The translations under genes and the position numbers were made by a program. Below the pieces are notes generated by a model, which worked only from the letters and a program-made list of their open reading frames with translations, was not told the origin of the DNA and did no database searches. From the NCBI GenBank assembly GCA_012026655.1, contig JAAILG010000040.1:62001-126000 (forward strand): a stretch of DNA of 64,000 bases, in the 5' to 3' direction. Shown piece by piece: positions 36,431-50,259 of this stretch. Source of the DNA: Hydrolagus affinis. Taxonomy: Eukaryota. Positions within the stretch are counted from its first letter, which is position 1; each line of letters begins with the position of its first letter.

Positions 36431-39286
36431 AATGATATTCTTACATTTTAATATTTTACACTACCCACTAAATTACATAAATTACATTAGCATAAAAAAA
36501 ATGCGCAGCTTGTCAATACAGAATTTCCTGTTTTCATGAGAAATACTGTCACAACCCACTCAAAGATCTAGCACAAACATCTTTTACAACTCATTATATT
36601 CATCTGGGACAGACTGAATACATCGCTCATTCTATTGTGAGAACATACCCAGCACAGAAGACTTCTGTTTTTATATAGAAGTTGCTGACCAAATTTGAGA
36701 TTTGGATCGATCTTGGTCAGTTAATAAATCCACAAAATTCAATGAAGATAATAATCCAAACATGTTTGCAGGAAAGGTTGCAAGAGCTACAGATAATGCA
36801 ATAAAGTGCAATGAACCCACAAAAAGAGGACTCCAGGCATGTTGAATAATCAGTGGGAATTATCTAAATAGTTAAGGGAAAGTTTTTTGCATGCTAAATA
36901 CTTTGACTTTTCAGAATGGCAGCCCACACACTGAAAGTGTGGTGAGAAAGAAGCTTTCCATTCATGCTAGTCATGTCAATTTACACGCAAGCCAACAGTG
37001 AAAATAAGAGTGCGCTGGCATGCAAAAAATTAGAAAATGTCTAATGTAATTAGAAATTATATTGGTTTTGTTGTAAAGTAACTTCACAGCTAATCTACAA
37101 CAACAAAAACAACAACTTGGATTTATATAGCGCCCTCCACGCCGGTTGGCATCTAAGAGCGCTTCCCAATAATGGATCTCGGGGCCAAGCCAGAGGAAGG
37201 GGGAAGAAGGTGACCGAAGGCGTGGTTGAAAAGAAAGGTCTTTAGCCGAGACCTGAAAGTAGGAAGAGAGGCGGGGGGAGGCGAGGCGAATCTAAGTCAC
37301 ATAACATAAAAATTCTGCTTGGAGAAAATTTTAAGAACATTAAAAGGCTTGAACTTCAAATGATTCGCAGGTGTGTGTTTTTTGGGAGAATGCAATGCAA
37401 AAGTCGTCAAAGTGACAAACTTGTAGAGAAAAGGAATGTAAATTGATATAATGAAAACGCGACAAATTTACTAAAAACTCGTCTGAAATATCTATTCTAA
37501 TTTGGCATGTCATTCCAGATAGAGACATAAAGGCTCTTGATCTTAATCAGAAATGGTGCCTGATAATGTTACCCTTCTTTGATCTAATAATTGAATCTTG
37601 TCAAAGTCAAGGTCTTCTGGCTGCATAAGATTGTGTTTTGAGCCAACAAAGCCTTTGGAAAAATAAGCATAGTAAGAGTCTGACTGTAATTTGCCCCCCA
37701 AAAAACACCTCTAGGTATCCCTGAGGCAGTTGGGTTTGCCTAATGTGGATGCTAACTAAGGTTTGTGCAGAATAATTTGAAAAAATGTTGCGATTGACAA
37801 CCTCGAAGAATTGCCTTTGTTCTCACCCCACTTTGCAGTGCGTGGGTTGCTATTCTGAAAAGTCAACCGCAGGATTTTGAATCAAAGTAATTTCAGGATT
37901 ATGAGTGCCCAAAATTGTTTATGGATGCAAATGGCATGGCGCGGTGTGATAATCATTACTGATAATTATGAACAAATTAACATTTGTCTAGCATCTTTGA
38001 CGTCACGAGGACGTCCCAAGAACTAAATCACCAATAAGCACAGAAAAGGTCTGTGAGTAATTATCGACTGTCTGTTGATGTGCTACTCCTCCCTTCACCA
38101 CTCAATTTTGGCACGATGGCTTACCTGAAGCTAGCCCAAGGATTTCATGGGAGTTGCTGTGTTCTCGGGCCAATAATGACCCCTTACATGACTGCATTGA
38201 TGGGGGCAAGTGCGGTAAATTGACCGCTGCTCGCCTGTGCCACTTTCAACCAAGAGACGGGCATAACACTGGTTTAAATGAAGTTCTTTTGTAAAAGCAT
38301 GTAGCTGCTTTCCAATGCCACCGTTTTTATTGCAGTAACAAGGAATAGCAGTAGAAATACGGGGAATTATTCATAGCATTTGCAGAGTCTCCCACAGCTG
38401 TTACCGCTGCAAATTCATCCAGAACAGCTGACAGTGGAAATGCTATACTATTTCCGTATTGTTACTGTTTATATTAAGCCCATATGCTCCATTTTTACAC
38501 AGCACGGACCATTTCCTTTCATTGAAGTGATCAGAACATTTTGGGAGCTGAATGTTTCAGTTTTGCTGATTAATTGACTGCGAAGAAGTGCTGTTTATCC
38601 TCCAAATTCTATGTGCCCAACTCTACAGTTAATAACTGATTGTGTTGTGTTATGCTGAGCGAGAGAAGAGTTTGCAGTTGGTGTTATTTTAGTTAAGTAA
38701 ACGACTTCAATGAACAATTATAAATCATGGAGTTGCATTGAACCACACCAGCCTGCAAATTTGTGGTGGTCTGTGCTAAGTCACCTGAACTCACTCAGGC
38801 CTGGGAGTGGAAGTGTCTGACACTTGTGGAAATCCATCACCGTGTTTAAGAATATCCAGATCAAACCGAGAATTCCATGCATTCCACCTATGCATTTGAT
38901 CCCCAAACAACAGCTCCTTACTGAAAATGAGCTGCTATGGACACGTGTTGATGACAGGATCCTCCTCAGCTGTGGTATCACAGTCGAGGAATCCACCGAC
39001 ACGTAATATATCTGAGGTTTTACATGTGAGGAACAGATAAGTGGAAGAAATTAGTATGTGTTCGCAACCTCCTATTACGTCACACCAACACAGAGCCATT
39101 TTGGAAAAGTAGAATGAGAAGAAAGAATAAATGAGCAGATAAGTTACACCACAAACAAATATTAAGTATAATATTCTGACCCCTGAAATTGTTAATATTA
39201 TAATAAACCAATCTGATTCTTAACAAAAGTAGGATTGTGGTACATTTGAAATGGAAAAACTTTAACCTCAGTAATGATATACTTAC

Positions 39287-39509
39287 AGTCTTCTCCTGAA
39301 TACCCTGTTGCTATCTTTGGCTCAGGTCCTGGTCCTAAATCGTTCAACGCTTGAACTTTGATGTCGTAAGGTACGAATGTTGGGGTATTATCAACAACAA
39401 AGTGATGTTTATTGACTATACGGTGATTCCAGGGCATCTCAGTTTCTTTCTGTCTCCAACTAACATTGTATTTCAGTCCATTGCCATTCCAATCAATGGG
39501 CTTCAAAGG
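39287..39509 (-). CDS. CHL1: L1-family CAM (CHL1-like) coding exon, rest of FNIII-2
   Basis: ttattttgcag|CCT TTG AAG...GAA GAC T|gtaagt; 223 nt, phase 0-1; PLKPIDWNGNGLKYNVSWRQKETEMPWNHRIVNKHHFVVDNTPTFVPYDIKVQALNDLGPGPEPKIATGYSGED, ending in the L1-family YSGED signature. Confidence 0.95.
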
Positions 39510-41568
39510 CTGCAAAATAAATTCAGAAACCGTGCAAGTCAAGATGGATTCAGCGACAACAGGCACACACTTTATGCATCAATATGTGTACAATCACCTT
39601 GAATGCAAATTAATTCCAGTAGTGTTGTTTGCAGGTCAAACACAAGAAAAAACATATTTTAAATAGTAATGTCAACATTAATATAGGAGGAATCAAAATA
39701 AGTATGACTAGACTCAAGACTGTAATTAATGAGGTGTGGACAGCAATTTCTTAGAGGAAGGAAGAGGGAGAAGGAACACTTATTAAAGCGGATAATGAAT
39801 GACTCTTCTGACTGGTAGAGATCCCAAACAATTTTAAAATTAGAGCTAAACTAGTTGGAAGTCGGATAATACATTTCTTCACCCAGATGTGAAAAAGTAT
39901 AACTCCAGAAGACAGTTCAGACAGAATCAATTGGGATGCCTAAAAGTGAGACAGCGGTATAGAAAGTAAAGACAATTAAAGGATTGGGGAAAAAGCAAGG
40001 AAATAGAATTTAAAAATCGGCCATGATCTCATGAAAAGGCAGAACAAACTCAATAGGCTGAATGGCCTCCTTCAGTTTCCATGTTCACAAGATCTATGTT
40101 ACAGGTACATAACTCCCTGTCACAAAATAATAAAGGAATTGTAAACACCTGGATCTAAGAGGAATCTGTAATACTTTCCATGAAATGAGCGATTATTTTT
40201 GTCGGTTGTGATTTTAAACCCAACTTCAAACGGTTCAAAGCTTCACATCCCCTTACCATTTCAACACGTTTCAATCCTCTCGAAACAGTAATGGCTTAAC
40301 ACCCCCACTCCTCTCACATCTCTGTCCTTTAATTTGTTTCCCAATTCTCTCATTCCCTGAAGAGTAGGCAAATGCATTTTCATTTCTGCTAACTACATTT
40401 CAGTTACGATTTCACAGATAAATTCCATCAAGCACACAATAATGGGCACCAAAAACCCTAGTTTCATCAAAAGCGTGTACAATATTGTCCTCGCGAGATC
40501 TGCCTTTTACGCTGAACAAAGACCCGGGGCATTTTCTATCCCTATTTATCATTGCTGTGTATTTCCCATTCCATCTGTCTGTACTTCTAGAATCAGCATA
40601 AGGCAAAAGGCCAGACTGCTTAGATCTGGTGGGACATCGAAAATTTATACATCGTGTTTTGGAATAAACATCTGCTTTGAGGTCACAACGCTACAAAGGT
40701 TTACATTCTTCTTATTAGGAATCTCTGTTTGTTATAAATAAAACGGCAGCTTCCCCTACCAGGTAAGCCTCATTTGCAGTGAATGAAGATGGGGAGACTG
40801 GTGAATCAATCAAATGAGTCAGTCAAATCTCCATTAGATACAATGAGCTTTTTTTTTATCAGCACAATTGCAGCAATGGTACCAACTCCATCTTAAAACA
40901 AATGGATTTTGCTGAAACAAAAGCCAAACACTAAACCACATTGATCAACTTTAGTAATTAACTATATGCATTTGCCACGGAAGGAATGATTAATGCCTGT
41001 GTTGCTTTCATTTATTCAGCCTCATGTAGAATCGCAGAAATTTACAGCACAGAAGCAAGCCATTTGACCCATCGAGCTCTCAGAGCAAGCGACACTATCA
41101 TTGACATTTCCATCAAAAGAAACCATTGCGAAACATAGCACAGTTCTTAGTTACAATTAGCTTTTTACTCACAATACTATGTGCCCTGTGCTGTCTGCAA
41201 ATACAGTAGATATTTTAAATATATTTTCCAGCTTATGAAATAGGATGACACTTAAGACTGTATCATAGCCATAAACTTACTTTTCCTAAATATTGATTGT
41301 GTTTGCTTTAACCTGTCTTTTCGTAACTAGAAACTTCAAACCATGGAACTGGAAATCCACTAACAGCCACTCTCTTAGTCTGGTTATCACCTGGCCTCTT
41401 CGCCCAATTTCATTATCAGTGTGATAATTGTCACCTGGGATAATTAGTGCACCATTTACATCACAATTTTCTCAATGTGGTTTTATTATGAAAATTCAAA
41501 TGCTGTGTGAGATCTCAAGGAAAAACAAACATATGGGAATAAAAATTTCATTCGGCATTGCCATCATC

Positions 41569-41876
41569 AATAATAATAATCCTTGCATTTATAATAATAA
41601 TCCTTGCATTTAATGTAGCGCTTTTCATGTCTTCCAGACGTCTCAAAGCGCTTCACAGAATATACTGCCAAATGGATTGATTGTATATTTGTGGGCGAAA
41701 CGCGGCAGCCAATTGCGCACAGCAGTGACCTACAAACAGCAGTGGATTGAAATGACCAATTCATTATAGTTTTTTACTGCCGGATTACTATTAGGCATGG
41801 TTTCGCTCTGCCTGGATTCGAACACAGGTCTCATGTTTGTAAGGCTAGTGCTCTAAACCCTGAGCTACAGGACTCC
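41569..41876 (-). mobile_element. tRNA-derived SINE, short form, with a duplicated 21-bp 3' terminus
   Basis: ATAATAATAATCCTTGCATTT occurs twice in tandem at the tail; head ends at 41876. Confidence 0.88.
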
Positions 41877-42472
41877 ACGAGTTAATATTGCACTTGATCA
41901 CATTTTCGAGATGATTCAAAGCGCTTCATATAAGTGAATTGACCGAATTTGTGGGGGAAACCAAAATGTACCTTTGCCGATATTGGCTTTCATTAGAATT
42001 TCCCATTGTAATCGCACATCAACAAAGTTGCTGCATGTTATGCAGAATATCTATGGCTGATATCTGATAACATGGGAAATGCATTGAAGTACAAATATGC
42101 ATTAGTTCTTTCAGAATTCTATTCTGCTGCTGCAATTTCCCCGCAAAAACAGTTTGGAGTACCCAATTCCCTGTTACAGATTTCCTGACAACAAATCATT
42201 TTATTGACAGAGTGCATTGTTGCAGAACCAGAAGAGGCATTCATCCACAATGACCATAATATTTTGAAGATGCTTTAAAATGTCAAAAATCTGATACTAA
42301 TTGTTAAAAACTTTATTAACAAAATCCCTGATAAGTGTTTTTTTTAATCAAAATGAATAATCATTTATTTGCAAGCTACTGTGTCACAATACCCATTTTT
42401 GTAGAATACAATACCGCTTTTGTAGAATACATTTAACTTCTTTGTTCAGTCAGTGCAATCCCATGAATGTTA

Positions 42473-42788
42473 AGTCCTATAGCTCAGTGGTTGGAGCACT
42501 CGTCTTACAAGCGTGAGACCTCTGTTTGAAGCCAAACTGGTTAGGGCGAAACCTCAGGCATGTTTTCTTACTCCACATGCCTAATAATAATCCCTCCAAA
42601 AAGAAGCACAATAATAAAATTTGTCATTTCATTCCACATCTGTTTGTGGGACACTGCTATGTGCAATTGGTTGTTACGTTTCTCCCACAAATATACAGTG
42701 AATTCTCTCTACATTACATTCTGTGAAGTGCTTTGAGACGTCTAGAAGACGTGAAAAGCACTATATCAAATGCAAGGATTATTATTAT
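42473..42788 (+). mobile_element. tRNA-derived SINE, short form
   Basis: AGTCCTATAGCTCAGTGG head through AAATGCAAGGATTATTATTA tail. Confidence 0.88.
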
Positions 42789-44909
42789 AAGATTCCAGTG
42801 AGAAAAGATCTGAAAAGTGGGATTAAGTAAAAGAAAGGAACTATAAGCAGTAATGTAACATGCATAAATGGGTCAAATGACTTCCTCCTGTATTGAATGT
42901 TTTGGTTTTGAAATGCTGCGTCCAAAAAGCATAGACCTCTGGAGACATTCCATTGTGTATCACTCAGGATGGTCATTCCTAAACAAGACTGAAGTTTTAG
43001 TAAGAAGAGCAAAGAGGCTTGCCAAGCGGCAGTGGCAGTTACTGGATGAATTAAAAGCCCTTAATAGGGCAATATTATTATTGCTATTATAATTACTATT
43101 ATTATTGTAAGTTTAGCACTTGATGTGGTGAGAGTGGGACTGTAGTACAGTATTGTGTAAACTAGTGCCTATAGCAGAGTGTTTTAAGACAGCAGCCTGG
43201 CATTTTACTACTCGTTCGTTACATTCATCCAACTGTGCATGGATTCCTGCAGGTTTGCGCAGTGCTCCAGGAACAAGCACCTAAATTGCCGGTTAATATT
43301 TAATGTAACAAAAGGGCCAGCAGGACACTCGGCTGAGCAATGACATTAAAAATGTAGAGCTTATTACAAATAAGCGTCCAGAGAAAGGAGGATAATGTAA
43401 CATTTAAAAGCAATAGCCTTTCATTGGAGAGATGCCTTTGCCAACCTGTGCAACTGCGTTCAAAGCCCCCAACACCAGGAAATTAAAGCGAAATAAAAAA
43501 AATGTCATCTCATACATTCAATTCATTAATAACCAACACAGTTTCAGCAAGCGGTAGACCATTTGTCCATCGAGGCTCCTGCATTATTTAATAGTTTTCC
43601 CCATGACTTAATAGGTAACCTGCCTTAACAGACTTCAAACTAAAACTATTGTGTGAAGGAACATTTTGCATTGATCACAATAAACAGCATTCCATCACAC
43701 GGTGTTGTCCTGGCTGAAATTCCTACGATTCTATAAATATTCTCGGTTATATTTCTGTTTCCCCTAAAAAAATGCATTCGTTTTCAATTTATGGCAACAG
43801 TAATGTAAATTACGGGAACGTCGTATTGATCTATAGATCTGTCCAGCCCTGCTTTGCAAAGGACGGTAGGCCAGCATCAACCAGCAAGCAACATGGTTGT
43901 ACATCATAAGTCAGGCATCATTAAATGCATTGCATCCCATTGTGAGATTGCAGCTGTTGCCATCTTCAGATGGCTATCGCAGACATCCACAAATTTCACA
44001 GCCACAGCAAACTCTGCAAGACTGTACCCAACCACTGTGTATTATTTCTCTGATCCCATTCCGCTCTCTTTCCACATCCCCTTGAAAAATCGTAGACTTG
44101 AATCGCGTGTTTGCCCATCTCCCTCATTAGTTGCACATAAAAAATCCCGCGGCAGTAGTCCATCAGGGATGCGACTTTCCCCACAGTGACCTGACCAACG
44201 ATCCTCCAGACAAAATTGGTCATTCACTTCATGGCTTTTTGTTGAGCATTGCTGACAATGAGAGAAAGCTGATAAGGCAATTGTACTTTTCGAACGGATA
44301 TGGTAACTTGGTTTATTTTTGACTCTTGGAGTTCTGATGATATATCCTTGCACCAGGCTGAGATTAATCCCACAGAAATATCATGAGTTATGGCAAAGGC
44401 CTGAATTTGTGTCTGTCATCCAACTTTGTACTCGGACCAGGATCAGAGATTAACAGGGACTTCCTTGTTATGCGACCTTGTCATTTCGGTGTTAAAACAA
44501 AAAATGGAGTCAGATTCTTCAATTCAGCATTAACATGGAAAAGTGATTATTTTTAAGAACTGTGGAAAACTTGCTTCTAAATTAAGACTGAATTGCAGGA
44601 ACCTTCATAATTCTGCATGATCTTCCATTTTAAAATAAAATAATCTAATAAACTTATAGTATTTGAACACATCTATATTCAATTGTGGGTGTTTTGTATA
44701 TTTCAGTGACTTGGGGTTAATAAAATATTTCTGATGTTTAACTAGTAATGTTTGTAGTGGTGTGGTGGGGGGACGGTCAACATGACAGTGAAAATATACA
44801 AAAAGATAGATAGTTCTGTCAACCGGCTGGCTCAGCGGGGGTTAATATCTGCTGGAAATATATTTTGTTTTAGTTGTGTTCATTAATTCACAACAATGCG
44901 TGACAGTGA

Positions 44910-44927
44910 AGAGAGAGAGAGAGAGAG
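44910..44927. repeat. (GA)n microsatellite (a (CT)n tract also lies at ~23903-23920)
   Basis: gagagagagagagagaga. Confidence 0.9.
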
Positions 44928-45924
44928 AAAGAGGGGAAACATTTTGCTTATTAGCCAGTGAACAATGTATCTCTATTTTTGTACTTTACAACTCAGAAAG
45001 CAAACCCAGCTGAATTTCAAAAGAACCAATTATTTTAAGGTCATTCCATATCTTCCCCTACCACTGACAACCAATAGAAGCGTTGTAGGATTACCACTAA
45101 ATGAAGAAAGACACTAAGCATCATCTCGCCTCAGGGACTGCGATATGAGGGGAAGGCATTTGCAAAACCGGGAGCAAAAGGCAAATCAGAAAAATAGCAA
45201 ACAGCAACTGAAGACCATAACATACACTAACCCAGCAGGCACCAAGGGGTGAGAGGCTGAGAAAGTACGCAATTTACTCTGCAGAAGAGACTGCAGCCAG
45301 TGGTTGTTCCAATTACCAAGAAACGCAGTCAGGACACGCTCCTTATTATGGTTTGGAGTTTCTGACGCAGCAGAAATTCAATTCAGATGAGAATTAGGAG
45401 GAAAATAAATAAAATATAATTGACTGATCTGAGAGTAATGACCAGTTTATTCTATGGAAGCCATTTCAAATCGCTTCCAGCACTGAAGCCATTAGTCGAT
45501 GAAAGCCTGATTTACACGTTGCAGTCCTCAATCACATTGGTCAGAGGCTGGGGAGAACTGTTGGGCATACAAAGCTCAGTTCAATGGAGTTCCACTAACC
45601 CCATCAAACGCTGGTTCACATTTTAATATCTTAGAAAGGCTGGAGTGTGACTGTCTCTTTAATCACATTAAAATGGTCCTTTAAGACTTTCTTGGCTGGC
45701 CTCGGGAGACCACTTTCAAGCAGATGCCAAATTGATTTGCACTCCCCACACTTACACTGCAGAGGGGGGCAATCAATTCCCTCGTGACAACACCTCCTCA
45801 AGGCAATTTTGGCCAACGCCAATCATTTCACAATCACATGCCGCGACCCAAACTCTGTGCGTCTTTAAGCATCAATCCAGCATAATTTTCACGACACATA
45901 CTGGGCGTACAACAGGTGGAAGCT

Positions 45925-46195
45925 GCTTACGCATAGCACTTTACCTTGAAAAGGTAAGCATTGAAACCTCTCAAAGCACTTCAATAGTAATTATTAACCA
46001 CAGGAGCGCCCATTTTATTTGTAGGCAAAAGCGGTCACCAATTTGTGCCAATAATGTCCCACAAACAGTCAGATGTGAGGTGACTGACCAATAAACCTGC
46101 AGGATTGTTTCCCGAGGCACCGGGAACAATACCGTTCTCCTTTCAAATTGTTTTGGGGGATCCTTAACGGCCACCTGAAAAGCAGGCAGACACTG
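45925..46195 (-). mobile_element. Ancient Deu-domain SINE relic (similar relics at 18600-18790, 35753-35985, 62811-63130)
   Basis: Plus strand resembles the reverse complement of the Deu domain as I recall it (CACCGGG-AA..C..TTCTCCTTTCAAAT...GGGATCCTTAAC..CCACCTGA..AGGCAGAC), next to an L2-type tail. Confidence 0.55.
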
Positions 46196-47111
46196 AGAAC
46201 TGAGATCAAGGAGCATTTCTTCCCACAGACAGCTGTATTCTGCCTAAAAAAGTGGAGAGGGCGAAATCAATACAGTTTTAGATACTTAGATAGCAGAGGT
46301 AAAAGGGTAAGGCATTGGGATAAAAAAAATCTGTCAATATCTAGTAAACTGGTGGGGCAGGTTTGATAGACTGAAAGTCCCTGCAATCCTAAATTCCTCG
46401 GGAGACAAGACCTTAATTTAATGCCATGAAAAGCCACTCCCCATTTGGGTAGAAAAGTGGTCCCATTTATGTTAATCTTGTTTTTTTGGTGGGGGTCCTA
46501 AACAATACAGCAAGTTACCTTTGAATGAATATCGTTCATTCTGTTCTCACCACATACCCTTCAGCCCTGTAAATAAATCAGACTGCTCCTTCTTTTGTAT
46601 ACACTGTTAGATGTGAAAATGACTCACTTCACCTCAAACAGTTTGTTCATTGACAAAGGGTCACACAAAAAATGGTTGTACAATACTGTGGTTTTCACAA
46701 TTATTTCCATTCATTTGAGATTACTGGGGAAAAAAAGTAGAAAAATAATAATAATAATAATGAATAATCAATACAATGAGGAGTTGCCATGTATACTTGA
46801 TCCAATGGCTGAAAAATAAAGTCCAAATTGTAGCAATCAGGAAAATCACTTTCTGCAGTCAATGACATTGGGGCTTTCCTTGATCATTTTGTTTAAGTAA
46901 ATATACACAGAAGTTTAAAAAGGCACAAAGGTAATTTATCAATTTTACAAAATAACTTTTCAATTGTAAATCTTATATACTGTAAATCAAGCCTGGTATG
47001 AAGCATTCCTAATGGCAAGGGCAGGTAAATAGACTTGAGGTACAGATCAGCCATGATCTTATTTCATGACAGAATAGGCTAAAGGGGCTGAATGCCCTAC
47101 TCCTATGCTGT

Positions 47112-47313
47112 GGAATCCTGTAACTCAGTGGTTAGATCCCTTGCCTTGCAAGCAAGACACCTGGATTCGATTTCCAGCACTGCGGTGCACAATTGGCTGC
47201 CGCCTTTCATCCACAACTATACAGTCAATTCCCTTTACAGTATATTCTGTGAAGCGCTTTGAGACGTCTAGAAGACATGTAAAGCACTACATGAAATGCA
47301 AGGATTATTATTA
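47112..47313 (+). mobile_element. tRNA-derived SINE with the central region deleted
   Basis: Head joined directly to the GCACAATTGGCTGCC segment and tail. Confidence 0.8.
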
Positions 47314-48631
47314 TGTTTCTATTGATTGAAATAGATTGATTTCTCTTGCTTCACTTTGTGATTTCAGCTGGCTAACACCAGGCAGTGTATCAGATGCTAA
47401 ATGGGACAGTGAGACAGCAGTGGGTCAAGATTGCGAGGAGCAATGTTAGGCGTCTGAAAGTATTTCTCTACACGGAGGGTAATCATCCGCTACAATGTAT
47501 TATCGAGAAAAGGTGCCTGAGGCCAGGACTCTCAACTCATTTACCAAACAGCTGATATTGTAAAAGTAGACACTTATTTTGGATGGAGAGATCAACTAGG
47601 CCAAAGTGTGTTTGTCACCCAAATGTGTCTGGTGATTGCGTTTTGCCCACAAAACATACAGTCAATTCACTTTACAGTATACTTCTGCAAAGTGCTTTGA
47701 GACAAAGACATGATATTAAATCTATAATATGATATACATATATATAGAATATCAACGCTACATCAAAAGCAAGGATTATCATGATTCGCATTACTGTATT
47801 ATTAGCTTGCAAGATCAAGGTGCCTCTGTCTGGAAGGAAAAGGAATATTTTCAGCATGTCCCACAGGGCTACCATCCTCTAACTCAGCCAGACTAGGGAA
47901 GGTAGATGAGGAACATGGGAGTAAAATGGTAACCTACATTAAATAGCAAGAACAAATTCGCAAGCAAACTATATGCAAATCTCTCTGGATGCCTTTCTGG
48001 AATCCACAAGAGGGGAATAGTCAATCAGAAATACAAACAGAAAACGCTGAAAATGCTGGAAAGTCTATCAACATCTTGTTCCCCTTTCAGTCTGACCTCT
48101 CGTCAGGAAATTTCAACACTTGCACTTTTCTTTTTGCTTTTTATATTAAAGAGACTTATTAAAAATGCCTGCTTTCTCCAGGGTAGGCACTAGTTAACCC
48201 ACTGGAAATCGTTGCCCTGCTATTAAAGCTTTGCAAACAGTGACATTCAAAATCCGAATATTCATCGAGTGGAATGTATGTGCTGACGTAACCATTTCCT
48301 GGAGTCCCCAAGGCCAGCTGATGGCAATTCAATCCACGTGGGACGCTCATCTTTATTTTAAAAGATATTCTTTTTTAGATCCTTCTACATCATGCATGGC
48401 TCGACTCAAGTCCCATTGAGGCCTGTGCCCCAGGCTATAATCACTACTCAGATTGAAACAACGGGTTACTGCATCATCAGAAACTCCTACTGTCCTTACT
48501 TTCCCCCATCCTATTAATGAAGGAAGACTGTGTGGGAAATGAGTGTCAAGTTAGTTAGAGGCAGGTTAAGGATGGCTGGAATATTACAGCCCTTCAAGTG
48601 ATAGTGCTACCTGTGCTTACTGGAGCAACAT

Positions 48632-48952
48632 GGAGTCCTGTAGCTCAGTGGTTAGAGCACTCGCTTTACAAGCGTAAGACCTGTGTTCGAATCCAGGCAG
48701 GTCAGGGTGAAACCTTGGGCTAGTTTCCTTACTCCATACGCCTAATAATAATCCCTCCAAAAATAACACAATAATAAAATTGGTCATTTCAATCCCCAAT
48801 TGTTTGTGGGACACTGCTGTACGCAATTGGCTACCGCATTTCGCCCACAAATATACAGTCAATTCACTTCACAGTATATTCTGTGAAGTGCTTTGAGACA
48901 TCTAGAAGACGTGAAAAAGCGGTATATCAAATTCAAGGATTATTATTATTAT
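48632..48952 (+). mobile_element. tRNA-derived SINE, short form, best-preserved copy
   Basis: GGAGTCCTGTAGCTCAGTGGTTAGAGCACTCGCTTTACAAGCG...GTTCGAATCC; intact A and B boxes; (TTA)n tail. Confidence 0.92.
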
Positions 48953-49809
48953 AACATGTCATGAATAGTTTACAACAAGCAAGAAACTAAGAGTATTATG
49001 GAGGACAATCTCTGACCCCTTTTGGGACACCTAAAAGCACTGAAAGCTCTCTATCAATTCCATTTTTAACTGGAGAATATTTTATTTTCCCCCAAAAGGA
49101 TGACCTTACTTATTAATGGAAATAGAAAGAAAAAGAAAGATGGAAATCAAGCCTGTGGGTGTAGGGAGGGCATACTGAGCTGGAAACGCACAGAAACACT
49201 CAGGCTTTATTTTGGACAAAGGATTTCCTCAGAACTCAAGCCTTAGCTGACAGGATAGGATCGAAGTAAGGAACGACAGAAAGCAAAACAAAGCAAAACA
49301 AAACATTGTTAATATTGATCAAGTCAGGAAAAGAGAGAGATTGAGCTGGCCTGGTAATGGGAGACAAGGGCAAAACTAAAGTGCTGAAAGAAATCACAGA
49401 AATCATGTACAAGCTGGTGTTCAGGCCTGCAGGCTTAAGAGCTCCTAAAGCACTATTTTAAGAATACTGTACATTAAGGTAGCATTAGGCATTAAGGCAC
49501 AAGAGGGCAAAGGTTCAGGGTTGCAAAGGGCAATTTCAGGACAGCCACTTGCCAGTGTTTTTTTTACGTACACCAAGGGTAATTGATGATTGGAATTGGT
49601 TACCAGGAAGAGTGATTGAGGCCAGGACACTGGAGACATTTAAGAAACAGCTTTTTGCTGTTATGAGAGCATGGTACAGAGGATATTTCAGAAGGATGAA
49701 CTCAAATGTGCTTAAAGAGTATTCTTTATTGAAACCTCTCCCACAATCTTGTTAAATAATAAAGGTGTTGATGGGGTTTGCATGGAACGTGGAGATGGTC
49801 AATGATTTT

Positions 49810-50259
49810 AATAATAATAATAATCACTGCATTTGACATAGAGCTTTTCAAGTCTTCTAGACGTCTCAAAGCGCTTCACAGAATATACTATATACTTATA
49901 ATTTATCATTTATTTCAGCACTTTAGTTTTGCCCTGGTCTCCCATTACCAGGGCCAGCTCAATCTCCCTCTTTTCCTGACTTGATCAATATTAACAATGT
50001 TTTGTTTTGCTTTCTATCATTCCTTACTTCACAGAATATACTATGAAGTGAATTGACTATATATAAGTGGCAGCCAATTACGCACAGCAGTGTCCCACAA
50101 ACAGTCATGGATTGAAATGATCAATGTATTTATATTTTTAGGGATTATTATTAGGCATGTGAAGTAAGGAAACTTGCCCACGGTTTCACCCTGCCTGGAA
50201 TTAAACCCAGGTCTCTCACTTGTAAAGCGAGTGCTCTAACCACTGAGCTACAGGACTCC
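49810..50259 (-). mobile_element. tRNA-derived SINE, short form, interrupted by an inverted local insertion
   Basis: SINE sequence stops at 49891 and resumes at 50027, with an 18-bp duplication at the junctions. Confidence 0.88.

Noticed and set aside
42388-42431. Short tandem duplications (also ~9928-9957, ~14698-14719, ~23645-23668)
   Set aside because: Ordinary slippage duplications with no sign of function.
45757-45772. CTCF-like CTGCAGAGGGGGGCAA
   Set aside because: Only the right half matches the core consensus.
48632-48705. tRNA-like sequence with A and B boxes and a TAC-like anticodon loop
   Set aside because: It has no closing acceptor stem and continues into the SINE body; it is a SINE head present in many decayed copies, not a tRNA gene.
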